Shown: piece after piece, positions 26,226 to 38,155 of the stretch | Layout of the letters: every line of letters starts with the position of its first letter | Position numbering within the stretch: position 1 is the stretch's first letter | Source: Negaprion brevirostris | Taxonomy: Eukaryota | Reading direction: 5' to 3' | DNA length: 64,000 nt | Assembly (NCBI GenBank): GCA_030324005.1 | Contig: JARDVH010000106.1 | Coordinates: 70,387,282-70,451,281 of the forward strand | Made by a program: the position numbers and the translations under genes | Notes under the pieces: generated by a model | Told to the model about the DNA's origin: nothing | Databases searched by the model: none | The model's input: only the letters and a program-made list of their open reading frames with translations

Positions 26226-26774
26226 ACCAGCCTGAACCCACATGCAAGCAGACACAAATCTGCCTGATTTCAGTACATCCTTCAGTGCAGCTAGGTCCCA
26301 AGAAGAAATACTAAAACCTGGTACCTTTCTTGGCAAGTGGAAAGAGTGAGAGAAACAGAAGGCAAAAATACACCAGTTATATGTCTCCCCAAACAGGATA
26401 CACAGAGCTAAGCAACCTGCCAGAACAAGTTGTGTGTTCATCTATTGCAGCAGTATTTCATCTTGCATGGTGCTGAAAACACTTCCTGTACGCTCACATA
26501 TTTGGCCACATGCCTTTCAATCACCATGAGGAAGGAACCAGGAGAACAGGTTTTCTGGGAGGCAATGTAAACTAAAATGGCCCAGGTCACAAACAGCCAG
26601 AGTTCATATGGATTGCAAATGAAACATGCAAAGGCCAGGTTCGATCCCATAGTTACTAGACTTAAACTGAGAAGGCACGCCCATAATGTGACTTTGGTTT
26701 AGTGGAAGAGAATCCAGCAAAGTCCATGAGAAATGCCATAATGGACAAAAACTCTGAAAATAAACAGCCACTTT

Positions 26775-27185
26775 ATTTATTATTTCACACGCTGTGGGCA
26801 TTGCTGGCTAGGCCAGTATTTACTGCCCATCCCCAATTACCTTTGCGGAGGTGGTTGGTGAGTCGCCTCCTTGAACTGCTGCAGTCCTTGTGGTGTGGGT
26901 ACACCCATAGTGGTACTAAGGGAGGGAGTTAAAGGATTTTGATCCAGCAACAGTGAAGGAGCAATATATTTCCATGTCAGGATGGTGAATGACTCAGAGG
27001 GGAAACTGACCTGCAGGTGGCAGTATTCCCAGGTATCCGCTGCTCTTGTCCTTCTAGGTGGTAGATGTTGGAGAGCGGGAATTTGGAAGGTGCTGTCAAA
27101 GGAGTTCCTGACGTGCAGATAGCATATGGTAAGCATAACTGCTATTGTGTGTCAGTGGGAGAGGGAGGCTGCTTTGTCCTGGATT
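26775..27185 (-). mobile_element. L2-like LINE 3' end
   Basis: GGCCAGTATTTACTGCCCATCCC...TTGAACTGCTGCAGTCC; same family as 48525-49200. Confidence 0.7.
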
Positions 27186-27312
27186 GTCCACTCACATTGT
27201 CAGCCACTTCAGGTCTTGAGCAGCAGGTTAGGTGTAAGGATTCGCATTCTAATCAGTAATCTCTAAACTGTCTGTGCTTTATATGCTCTGTCTGAGGCCA
27301 GAACTCTCCATT

Positions 27313-27350
27313 CACCTGACGAAGGGACTAACCCCGAAAGCTTGAGAGTC
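27313..27350 (+). ncRNA. Minimal type I hammerhead ribozyme motif in a Penelope arm
   Basis: CAC-CTGACGA-A-GGGA CTAA CCCC-GAAA-GC-TT; core intact, one mismatch in stem II. Confidence 0.6.
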
Positions 27351-27669
27351 TATTATCAAATAAATCGGTTGGACTAAAACCTGTTGTCAGACTTTTTACT
27401 TAATTTAACAGTCATTGTAACCAGGAAGGAAAGGGGACAGTCTCAACAACTCTTTGCCAATAATGATTAAGCAGCATCAAATTTCAATGTCTAGGTTATC
27501 AAGGAAGTTGGCAGGCACAAGCTGCCCTGTGCAATCCTTCCACTTCCATTCAGACATCAGCACATGTTGCTGTTTTTGCAACATTGATATAATGTTGATA
27601 TAGGACACTGATATAGGTGTCAGTTGAAGGCTGCTGAAGGAAGGTGAAAAAAATTCAAGGTGGAAAAAC

Positions 27670-28285
27670 AGAAGACAGCTTTATTAGTTGAGGCATAGGG
27701 TTTAAGAACAGGGACGTTATGCTGGAACTACATAAAATGTTGGTTAGGCCACAGCTAGAGTGTTGTGCGCAGGTCTGGAATCCAAATAATAGGAAGGATG
27801 GGATAGTATTGGAAAGGGTGCATGATGTTGCTTTAGCTGCAGAGTTTTAGTTACAAGATACACTGGAGTCGCTTTCCTTTGAGCACAGAAGACTGAGAGG
27901 GTACATGATTGGGATGTATAAAATTATGAGGGGCATAGATAAAGTAAGTAGGAAGAAACTTTTCCCCTTGACGGAGGGATCAAAGACTAGGGTGCATAGA
28001 TTTAGGGTAAGGGATAGGCAATTTAGAAGAATGAGGGAGAAAACATCTTCAATCAAAAGTGGTGGGAGTCTGGAACTCACTGTCTGAAAAAGTGGGAGGG
28101 AGACCCTCATAACATTTAAGAACATAAATGCAATATAAATGAATACTTGCGAACATAAATGAATATAAGGCTATGGGCCAAGTGCTGGAAAATGGGATTA
28201 CAACAGTTAGGTGGTTTGTCTTTGACCAGTGCAGAAACAATGGGTCAACTGGCCTTTTCCTTTACTGTATACCTCAATGACTATG
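27670..28285 (+). mobile_element. Degenerate CR1 3' region
   Basis: LVRPQLE.C.QVW.P-like text; RLRGYMIGMYKIMRGIDKVSRKKLFP. Confidence 0.85.
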
Positions 28286-28874
28286 AACTACTGGAAATTG
28301 TTATTTGGCAACCTAGCACGAGAACAAATGCTCACATATCCATACTGCCCATCATGAGTGGGCTGCAAGAGTCAAGAGCTGTTGAAGCTCTGTACATTTA
28401 ATTGATGGAACCACAGTCTTGCTAGGAGGATGGCAGTAATGGATGCAGACATTTTATCTTAGGGGTGTTGCTCACCGTGCTGCCCCTGTAATAGGCATTT
28501 CAGATATGGAGGATTCAAACTTGCAAATTATCAGTCATTAAACTGACTGATTAATGCCCTCAAGGGGTTCAGAGTTATCTTTTTAGGAGTGAGGTGGTTC
28601 AAGCATGGAAATTTAGAATCAAGTCAAGTACTGTGGTTAGCAATAACAAATACATGTGAATTTGCAATGCTTCAGAATATTATTGACTGGACAACCAGTC
28701 TTGCTCACAAATGGACACAAGGAGTAGATCCCTCACTAATCTTTCACTAGAAACTGCACCATATCATCGTGGAAAGACTTGCATTTTAAAATTGTACCCT
28801 ATCTGGCATGTGGGTGTAGCTAGTCACACCAATGTGTTACCCATCTCTAACTGCCCTCGAGTGGTGCTTTTATG

Positions 28875-28922
28875 AACATAAGAACATAAGAAATAGGAGC
28901 AGGAGTAGGCCATCTAGCCCTT
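28875..28922 (-). mobile_element. Very short 5'-truncated CR1 tail
   Basis: AACATAAGAACATAAGAAATAGGAGCAGGAGTAGGCCATCTAGCCCTTC is nearly the reverse complement of positions ~30-76. Confidence 0.75.
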
Positions 28923-30011
28923 CGCTATCAATCGCTAGCCCTTATGCTATCAATCAGTACAATTTTTGGGGTAGAGTCATCAAGACAGATTGAAAAGCAG
29001 AGCTTAAAGTCAAGGCAGTCCACTGGTCCCCTCTGTAGGGGGGTGCAGGATGCATCATGTCAAAAAATCCTTTATTAGACACTAGATAATTTTATTACAG
29101 ACTTGCAAATTATCAACCATGGAGAACCATAAGCTGCTGCATAAGGCAGCACAGTATGGCAATGAAGCCAAATATCTTACTCTAATTTGGCAGAAGTGGG
29201 TTGCCTCTTACCACCAGATACAGAAGATTAACTCTCACCAGAGTTCAAGGTTCTTTGCACTCAGTTTTAGACCAAGCCAAGTTCATGCCATAATGGAATC
29301 AGATTTTGGAATAAGTTTACATTACACTTTAGTGCAAGCCTGATGCAAGACTGGATTGATCATAGCAATTGACCGATTTCTGCTCGAGTGGATTAAACAG
29401 CTTGGCAAAAGGCCACCACTCTCTGTGATTGCACCTGGCATTGGAGGTCTGGAATATCAGTAGAACCAGAAGATCAAGTTGGAAAAACCGATACTTTCTA
29501 ACCTTAAATATAGGCAACTAGAAAGGAGCCATTGAGGTGTACAAGATAACAGGTAATGTGAATTCCAGAACAGCACTTCAACCAAAACTATTAGTAAAGG
29601 GAATTCAGTTTCGAACTAGCCAAGACAAATTTAGGATTATCAGCAAGCTCTTCACAAACAGCTAATACTTAAGCATTTTTGACATAAACCATCCTAATGT
29701 TTAATTTTTGGGGGGGGCAAGATCAAATGGTTATGATGACTACGTCCATCAACATTTGTAAGTCGTCACCAAACCATATTTTCCTCCAATGGGTAAAAGT
29801 ACTTCAATTTTCTCCAGGTAGTACTACACATCTTTTATTGCCACAGCTTCAGAATTTGTGTCATCAGGCGGGCACAAGACTTGGTCTCACCAGAACTATA
29901 GTGTTTAGAGTGGACCATTCTAAGTGGCCTAACTAGCTGCAGGCTAGTTGATTCTGTGCATTGACTGTTTACTTACACCACTCATCAAATGGTGAATATT
30001 GAAAGTAATGC

Positions 30012-30148
30012 TGGTCAGGTGCATTTGCCATGCTAAATTTTCTGTGTACCCGGGCAGGTGCTGGAGTGTGGTGGCTAGGAGATTTTCAGAGTAACTTCAT
30101 TTAGGTGTTAACGCAAGTCTACTTGTGACACTAATAAATAAAACTTTA
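30012..30148 (+). mobile_element. 3' part of HE1-like SINE
   Basis: Matches 17620-17756 (GTAACTTCATT...CTTGTGACACTAATAAA). Confidence 0.75.
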
Positions 30149-31784
30149 AAAAATTATTGGTACACTATTAGCTTTAAATCCTCAATTCAATCATGTTGCA
30201 TTTCTCTCAACTGTTCCCAATGAATTCAAGTTATGCAAAATTGCTGGATGAATTGGTGGAGAAATCATAAAAATGAAACTCTGGATATAATTTATCAATA
30301 GAAAAAGCAAGGGGTGGATAACAAATTTATACGAGATATTCGGTGAACAGTAACTAACATTGTGTACAGTTTTGGGCACTGTACTACGGTAAGGTATAAA
30401 TTCCATTCAGCAGGGTAGTACCAGGGATGAGAGGATTATTGGTATGATGACAGGCTGTAAAAGAAAAACCTAGCTGTCTTTATTGTAGTAGGGAAGGTCA
30501 AGGAGGTATATAATAGGTATATTCAAAATTTCAAAAGGATTTCAGTACAAATAATTTCCACTCATCGGTGACTCAGTAAAGACCCTTTGGCAGTAAGATT
30601 ATTGCCAAAGGGTCAAAAAAAGTCAGAATAATTTATTTTCGTACAAAAGATTATTTGGATACATTAAGCTTTACCATAAGTGGCTACTAAAGCCAAGTCA
30701 ATCTCAATATTTAAAATGGACTTGGAAAAATACTGGAAATAGGGATACAGTAACCAGCTCTGGTGAGCAAGCAACATGTACACCAGACCAAACAACCTCT
30801 TCCTTTTCTGATATTTCTACGATGCAGCACACTTAGTGAACGGAGTGTGTTTTCTTAAAATACAGTCCTACTTCTGATAGCCTTCGGATGAATAACTGGC
30901 CAAGCAATGGACATCAGGCAAAGGCAGCCTTAGGCTCACTTCTGATGCAAGCCCAGTAAAAGAGGCTATTGACACTCATGTGAATAAGAGCTACTAAATA
31001 GGTGCCCAAGAATTGATGGCTTTTTACCATACAGCAACAAGTCAGCAGTCTCCAGCCAAGAAATGAAGTGAAGGCAAAAGTGCCAAGAATTGATTTTTAT
31101 TCAAATAAACAATTTGTTTTAAAGTATGGATCATTTAGAATGCAAACCAAGTTTACAGCATAACCCTGTTCACAACTGCCCAACATTGGCTGCATATTCT
31201 GTACAGTCTTAAACACGCCTCAAGCATCTCCCACTTTTATTTACAGACACTAATTCAATGGTGTACATTTATCTTTTCTGATCTAACATACACCATATTA
31301 TGTTCAAGAACTGTTATTCTCAAATTTACCTGCATAATTTGGCTAGAGTACTATCCTGGCTACCATTAGCTGATGTCCTACCTTAGTCGTAGCCTCCAAC
31401 AACATTTTAAAATAGTAGCGTTATGTATCGTAATCCAATGCATCTCTGTTTGATTATTCATGCGATGTGCAGTGATATTTGCGTGTTTTTCTCTCTTCCA
31501 TCCCGAAGAGGTGTAAGAAAGCAACATCTATCTATAGAAGCTCGACTGACTGGTTAAGTAACACAATGTGGAACCTTTAAATCTTTTTATCTTGCTGTTC
31601 AAAAGTGAGCTGACCACATTACTATATACCAAGTAGCAAGGATTTTTGTTCTAGAAGCAAACTTTGGAATTCTACAGGGCAAGATCCCTTTCACCTGCAT
31701 CTTCTCCCATCTCCCAGCCCCTATTCCCATATATTGTTCAGGCAGTTTTCAGAACGCTGTCCTATTTGTCATTCATGTGTCAAC

Positions 31785-32185
31785 CACAGGGCTCAGTTCA
31801 TAACACACACCTCTGAACCACAAAGTTCTGGGTTCAAGTGGTACTCCAGGCCTTGAATACAAAAATGAAGGCTGACACTCCTCCAGTGTGGTATTGAGAA
31901 AGCACTGCACTGTCAGAGGTTCTATCTTTTGGAAGAGACATTAAACCAACGCCCCGTCTGGCTGGTCAGATGCATAACATGGCATTCGGAGTTATCCCTG
32001 CTATCCAAACCAATATCCCCAAATACAATGATCTGGTCATTATCACAGTGCTATTTGAGAGTGCTTGCTGAATGCAAATTAGCGGCCCCATTTCCTATAT
32101 TACACATTCAAAAAATACTTGGCTGGGAAGTGTTTTGAGGCATCCAGTGGTTGTATAAAATGCTATTTAATTGCAAGTCTTTCTT
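31785..32185 (+). mobile_element. DeuSINE-like SINE
   Basis: Head GGGTTCAAGT..CTCCAG, GCACTGCACTGTCAGAGG, core TTGCTGAATGCAAATTAGCGGC, tail GCAAGTCTTTCTTT. Confidence 0.7.
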
Positions 32186-33174
32186 TCACTCCATAGGCTT
32201 TCAATCTTCTCTGCAAACCACAGATGTATATTCCAAAAATCCAACTAAGTTAATTTATATCTATTGGATAACCTTTAGCTATTTATTTGGTTCCCTCCTC
32301 AAAGAATTCCAGCAGCCTTATGAGGCATGACCCATTAGATTTAAAACTCCTTACAGCCTTAGCACAGTTTGAAAGAAGATGAATAGTGTCGTACTGCCAC
32401 ATGTCCAACTATTACAGATGGTTACTGTTTAATTTGTTCTCACTACTAGATTCTTTCATATTCTCAATTTTCAGATACATCAGCGATGGGTGGTGACTAC
32501 ATATCTTAATGTACGAGAAAACAAACTGCACCAAAGCTTTGCAGTTTAACGGAGGCCTTTTCCAGCGTTTTTTGTTTACAGTCCACTAGTACCACAAATA
32601 GTGATTTCAAGTTACAAACAGGGCTTTAGTTGCTCCTGACCATCAGCATAGACAAGTGCCAGCTCCCTGGGATTCAGACTGGAGACTAATTATACCACTG
32701 GACTGAATCAGACCGAATAAAGGAAATTTTAATTAATTAGCTTGCTAAAACAGTAGAATGCAGGATTGTACACTTTGTTCAACAGAATAAACTTTGCACT
32801 ACATCATGTAGCACATTAACACAGTAAGTTATCTATGGAAAGGAGGAGGAGGCACTCAATTATTTGCACAATAATGTTGCTGGGTAACTGCAGCTTGTGA
32901 AATTCCCCTATTAAGATCTTTACCAAAAAGCCCAAAGTTGCTGGGTATATGAAATTACTTGCTGAAACTTTACAAATATCAACTGGAAAAGCTATAGTTC
33001 AAGCACGTTAGAGGGGTCAGTTTCTGTCCAATGTGTACAGGGAGGTCTCATGACACAGTATGTAAATAGGCCAANNNNNNNNNNNNNNNNNNNNNNNNNN
33101 NNNNNNNNNNNNNNNNNNNNNNNNNNNNNNNNNNNNNNNNNNNNNNNNNNNNNNNNNNNNNNNNNNNNNNNNNN

Positions 33175-33328
33175 TGGACTCGCCAACTTTAAGGGCGTTC
33201 AAATGGTCAGTGGATAGGCATATGGATAACATTGGAATAGTTTAGGTTAGATGGTCATTAGATTGGTTACAGTGGTGGGCACAACATCGAGGGCCGCAGG
33301 ACCTGTACTGCGCTGTAATGTTCTATGA
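33175..33328 (+). mobile_element. CR1 3' end after gap
   Basis: GGCACAACATCGAGGGCCGCAGGACCTGTACTGCGCTGTAATGTTCTATG. Confidence 0.75.
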
Positions 33329-34118
33329 AACAGGCCATACCTGAGTACCCTTCAAGAGTTACAAATCCACAATACTTTAAAACGATAGGCCACAGTGAGG
33401 AGGATGGAGGGGAAAGACATTCACTATTACAGTAAATTTTGAAATAAGTGAAACAAAAATCCACAGTGCGTACATTTTTAAAAGGTGTTTTCGTTTCATA
33501 ACTGCCTTCTAGAGCAAATGGAAGGAGCGGCCAACTACTTTGTGCGACTCTCTCTGATAATTCGCGCGCAAACCTGCTGGTAACGAAGCTCAATCATACA
33601 GAACACTGCACAGGCAACAGTTGCCATGGGGAACAATCTCTGCAACTCTGTGGTTAGCCAGAGCACTTAGCTTAGTTATTGCTGACATCAGGCCTCCCCC
33701 ATTCATAAGCTCCTGTCTGAAAATGCAGAAAATAGCAGACACTGACTGGCAATGGGAGACTAAACTGATCCAAGTCCAATTAAGTTTGAGAAATCACAGA
33801 TCTGAACTGGCAAAGCAAAACATTTGCCACACAATTGAAGTACTTTCTGTTAATTTTAATTATTGGCATATCTTCTCCATGAGAATATGAATGAAAAGGG
33901 TGTTGGAAACATTGCCAAATTTTCCTCCTCTTTTGCTCTCTCTCCAATTTGCCTGGTCAGTTACAACTACAGGAAATCGACAATGTAACACCTCATTGTA
34001 AAGTAGGCTGATTTGGGATCTTCTATTGTGGAGATGCCAGCATTGGACTGGGGTAAACACAGTAAGAAGTCTCACAACACCAGGTGAAAGTCCAACAGGT
34101 TTATTTGGTAGTACAAAC

Positions 34119-34153
34119 CACTAGTTTTCAGAGCACTGCCCCTTCATCAGGTG
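34119..34153 (-). ncRNA. Minimal hammerhead ribozyme motif
   Basis: Reverse complement: CAC-CTGATGA-A-GGGGC AGT GCTCT-GAAA-AC-TA-GTG; stem I is CAC/GTG. Confidence 0.6.
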
Positions 34154-34559
34154 AGTGGGAGTTCTATTCACAAACAGGGCATATAAAGACACAAACTCAA
34201 TTNNNNNNNNNNNNNNNNNNNNNNNNNNNNNNNNNNNNNNNNNNNNNNNNNNNNNNNNNNNNNNNNNNNNNNNNNNNNNNNNNNNNNNNNNNNNNNNNNN
34301 NNAGTTCTATTCACAAACAGGGCATATAAAGACACAAACTCAATTTACAAAATAATGGTTGGAATGCGAGCCTTTACAGATAATCAAGTCTTAAAAGGTA
34401 CAGATAATGTGAGTGGAGAGAGTGTTAAGCACAGGTTAAAGAGGTGTTATTGTCTCCAGCCAGGACAGTTAGTGAGATTTTGCAAGCTTAGGCAAGTCGT
34501 GGGGATTACAGATAGTGTGACACGAACCCAAGATCTGGTTGAAGCAAAGATCTCCCGTT

Positions 34560-34594
34560 CACCTAACTAAGGGGCAGCGCTCTGAAAGCTAGTG
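34560..34594 (+). ncRNA. Degenerate hammerhead ribozyme motif
   Basis: CAC-CTAACTA (decayed CTGACGA)-A-GGGGC AGC GCTCT-GAAA-GC-TA-GTG. Confidence 0.45.
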
Positions 34595-35658
34595 GCTTGT
34601 GCTGCCAAATAAACCTGTTGGACTTTAACCTGGTGTTGTGAGACTTCTTATTGGGATACTTTGTCATGTTCAAAACATTAAAAATTTGCAGCAGGACACG
34701 TTCTGTTTCCTCTCCTACCAAAGTGCTATTTTAGCCAAAATATAAAAAGTAAAAGCTCTGACCTAGACAGTTTCTTTCAATGTTAGCACTGACCAGAGAC
34801 CTGCAACATGAAACCTAATTGCAGATTTATTGCAGATTATGGTAGGAATCCAAAAAGATTTTACAATCACCTTGAACAGTAATTACGATCAATTATATTT
34901 AAAAATCACAAAGCCTTATGATGGTTTACTGGTTATGGTACTGGGTTTTATTTGGTATTACAGTTATCAAAATCCCAAGTTACAAAAGTAAATTCAATAA
35001 AGCTGCTTAATTTGCTAGCTATCATCAGATAAAAGAGACTATGAAAGCTGCCAAGATGCTAGAAAAAACAACTGGTTCACTAATGTCCAACAGGAAAGGA
35101 AACTGCTGTTACCATCTGGTCAAGTGAGTCAAAACAGAGCACTAGTGACTGACTCAATGCCCTTACAGTAAGTAACTCAGGGTGGGCCATAAGTGCATTG
35201 CTCATAACCCAAGAGCAAAAAGGTTAAGTAACAAGAGTGACAGATCAAAAAGTCCTAGAAACTTCAGTCAACACTAAAATAACAGAAATGTCCAGATTCA
35301 AAAGTAGCTTGAATATTGCAATATTAACCCCAAACTATTCAAATCATAATCTATACCTACAAAAATGAAACAGAGTGCTGCTGTATTTGATTGTCCACAA
35401 CATCACACATTTAGTGGTAGAAAAGCATTACTTTTCCCAAAATCAACAATCGCACTTATAGAGGGCCTTTAACGTAGTAGAATATCTCAATGTATCTGAC
35501 AGATCTTGAGACAGTTGTCAGGCTGGAATAAGTAAAAGATGAGCAAGGGTAATGCCATGGAGGTATTTGAAAACAAGGATGAGAATTTTAAAAATTGAAG
35601 CTTTTACCAGGACGCTTGGGACTTGCTTCTGAACAAGACTCCACTGTTATTCAATGAG

Positions 35659-36330
35659 AAACACTGAAAAAAAAACAATGCAACTGCAGGTAATAGAAAA
35701 ATAATAAATATCACCTTTCAACTTGGACTGGTGTACTGAAGCGATTGGGTAATTTAAAAAAAACACCTTTGAAGAAAAATCAAGTGAAATGTTAACAAAA
35801 CAAATCCAGTTACTTCTGATGTTCTGCACCATGTCCTTCCTTAGGTGGTTTAAAAGCCAGAAGCCAGAGACACACAAATGAGGTTAGAAATTCCCCACTG
35901 CTACAGTCAGTACTTGCCAAAGATTAAATTTATGATTATTAACTCCTTAATGAAACTATTAATGGAACTGTAATTACAAGTGAGCACAAAGGAACAAACT
36001 TCCACCCTGCATGTTTCAATGGATCATGGGAATGGTGCCAGTGGAGTCAACGACTTAAATTTATATCGCACAGTTATTCGGATAGATAGCTAAACGCTGA
36101 ATCAAAGATGTAGGTTTTAAAGAGCATTGTAAAAGCAGAGATTCTTAGAGATTTAGGGAGGAAATTTCAAAGCTCAGCGCCAAGGCAGCAAAAACACTGA
36201 AAAAACCAATGCAACCACGGCTAACAGAAAAATAATAAATATCACCTTTCACTGGTGTACTGGAGGCGATTGGGTAATCAAAAAAAACTGCCTTTGAAGA
36301 AAAATCAAGTGAAATGTTAACAAAACAAAT
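35659..36330 (+). repeat. ~140-bp dispersed direct duplication (35659-35804 and 36192-36330)
   Basis: Both copies contain AGAAAAATAATAAATATCACCTTTCA...CTGGTGTACTG...GCGATTGGGTAAT...CCTTTGAAGAAAAATCAAGTGAAATGTTAACAAAACAAAT. Confidence 0.9.
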
Positions 36331-36384
36331 GGGAGTATTAATATCAGTAATATGCAACAGGCTAGAATTGGAGGAGTGCAGAGA

Positions 36385-37885
36385 CCATAAGAAATAGGAA
36401 CAGGAGTANNNNNNGACCCGTCAAACTTGCTCTGACATTCCTCGCATCCACTTTCCTGCCCTTACCTCTTAACCTTCAATTCCCTTACTGATCAAAAATC
36501 TATCTCAGCCTTAAATATACACATGGAGTCTGTCCCCCCCCAGGTTCTCTGGCAAGGAGCCCCAAAGACACACAACCCTCAGAAAACATTTCCCCTTATC
36601 TAGATCCGAAATTGATGCCCCTTTGTGCTGAGGCTGCATCCTCTGGTAACAGACTCTCCCATGAGGGGCAACATCCTCTCATCATTTACCCTGTCAAGCT
36701 CCTTCAGAATCCAAAAAGTGGTCTCACCAGTACCCTGCAGCAAAACTTAGTTTGCCCAATACTACTACTTTGATACTCTTATACTCCAACCCCTTGAAAT
36801 GAGGGGTGAATATTCTATTAACCTTCCTGATTAGCTACTGCACCTATGTGCATAAGTACCTCCAGGTCCCTTTGTGTTGCATCTTCCTACAGTTTTTCTC
36901 TATGTAAACAATACTGTTCTTTTGTTTTTCCTTCCAAAATTAACAACTTCACATCTTCCCACAATTACTCCATTTACCAACCTTTTGCCCACGTATTGAA
37001 CCTATGAATATATCTTTGTAAACTGCTTGTATCCTCTTTTGCAATTTGCCTTTCCACCTATTTTTGTGTCGTCTGCAAACCTGGCTACAGTACGTTTGTT
37101 TCTTTTCTCCACGTTATTAATATACTTTGTAAAGTTGCGATCCCCACACTGATACCTGTGAAACCCCATTAGTTACAAGTCACCAAACTGAAACAGAACC
37201 TCTTATCCCCCACTTGCTGTTGCCTCCTCGTGAGCCAATTCTCTATCCATGCCAACAGACAACCTCCAACACTATGGGCTCTTATGACTTAACGTTTTAT
37301 CAAACGTCTTCTGGAAGTCCAAACACATCTATTGGCCACCCTCTATCTACTCTGGTTCAGATTTCCTCAAAAAACTCTAATAAATTAGTCAGACATGATT
37401 TCCCCTTCCGTGAAACCATGCAGGCTCAGCTAGATTAGATTATGATTTTCCAAATATATTCCTATCGCTTCCTTAATAAGTGATTACATTTTTCCAACAA
37501 AAGCTGCTTGGCCTATGGTTACCTGCTTTTTGCCTCCCTCCCTTTTTGAATAGGGATGTCACGTTGGCAGTTTTTCAATCATCTGGTACTTTTCCACAAT
37601 CCAAGAATTTTTGGAAAATTACAAACAATGTATCCACTATACCTGTAGCTACTTCTTTTAGGATCCCAGGATGCAAGCCACCTGGGCCAGAGGACGTACC
37701 TGCCCTGTTAATTTGTCTAATACCACTTCTCCACTGATGGGATTAATTCCTCCCCCATAATGTTTAGTATTAATGAGATGTTCAAAGTATCTTCACCGCA
37801 AAGACTAATGCAAGATATCTGTTTAACACCTGTGCTATTTTCTTGTTCCCCATAACTATCTCCGCAGATTCATTTTCTAAGGAAC
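36385..37885 (-). mobile_element. Degenerate CR1 LINE (~1.5 kb)
   Basis: CATAAGAAATAGGAACAGGAGTA tail; GTGTCGTCTGCAAAC is antisense to FADDT; nested in an L2-like fragment. Confidence 0.8.
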
Positions 37886-38155
37886 CTCAAAGATTTGCAA
37901 GGCTGGAGGAATCAAGGCAGAATGCTATAGAAAGTCAGATGGAAGTATCATTCCAGGGTTATTTTATTGCTCATTTCCTTTGACCCAAAACAATAATGCT
38001 TTAATTTTGATAGTTAATGAAGAGACCCGAAGTCAGTCTTTACTCAGGTTTGGATTTAGTCACAAAGTGAAACGTTAGAAATGTCTTGTTTCTAACTCCA
38101 CAACCCACCCCATGTCCCCAAGTCTTTTGTTTTGTAAAAAAAGACTTGGGTTTGC

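Larger units (their letters stand above)
24653..27398. mobile_element. Penelope-derived inverted arms (24653-24729 and ~27190-27398) bracketing other sequence
   Basis: Arms AAAAAGTCTGACAACACCAGGTTTTAGTCCAACCG and CGGTTGGACTAAAACC-TGTTGTCAGACTTTTT; CTTAATTTAA at 24643-24652 and 27399-27408. Confidence 0.65.
34025..34650. mobile_element. Inverted-repeat Penelope-derived element with two hammerhead motifs
   Basis: Arm 34062-34155 is inverted at 34558-34650; minus strand 34505-34543 encodes ...DLGFVSHYL*; TTGGGAT near both junctions. Confidence 0.85.

Noticed and set aside
34160-34345. Direct repeat AGTTCTATTCACAAACAGGGCATATAAAGACACAAACTCAATT on both sides of a gap
   Set aside because: Identical sequence flanking a 100-N gap is a typical unmerged contig overlap artefact
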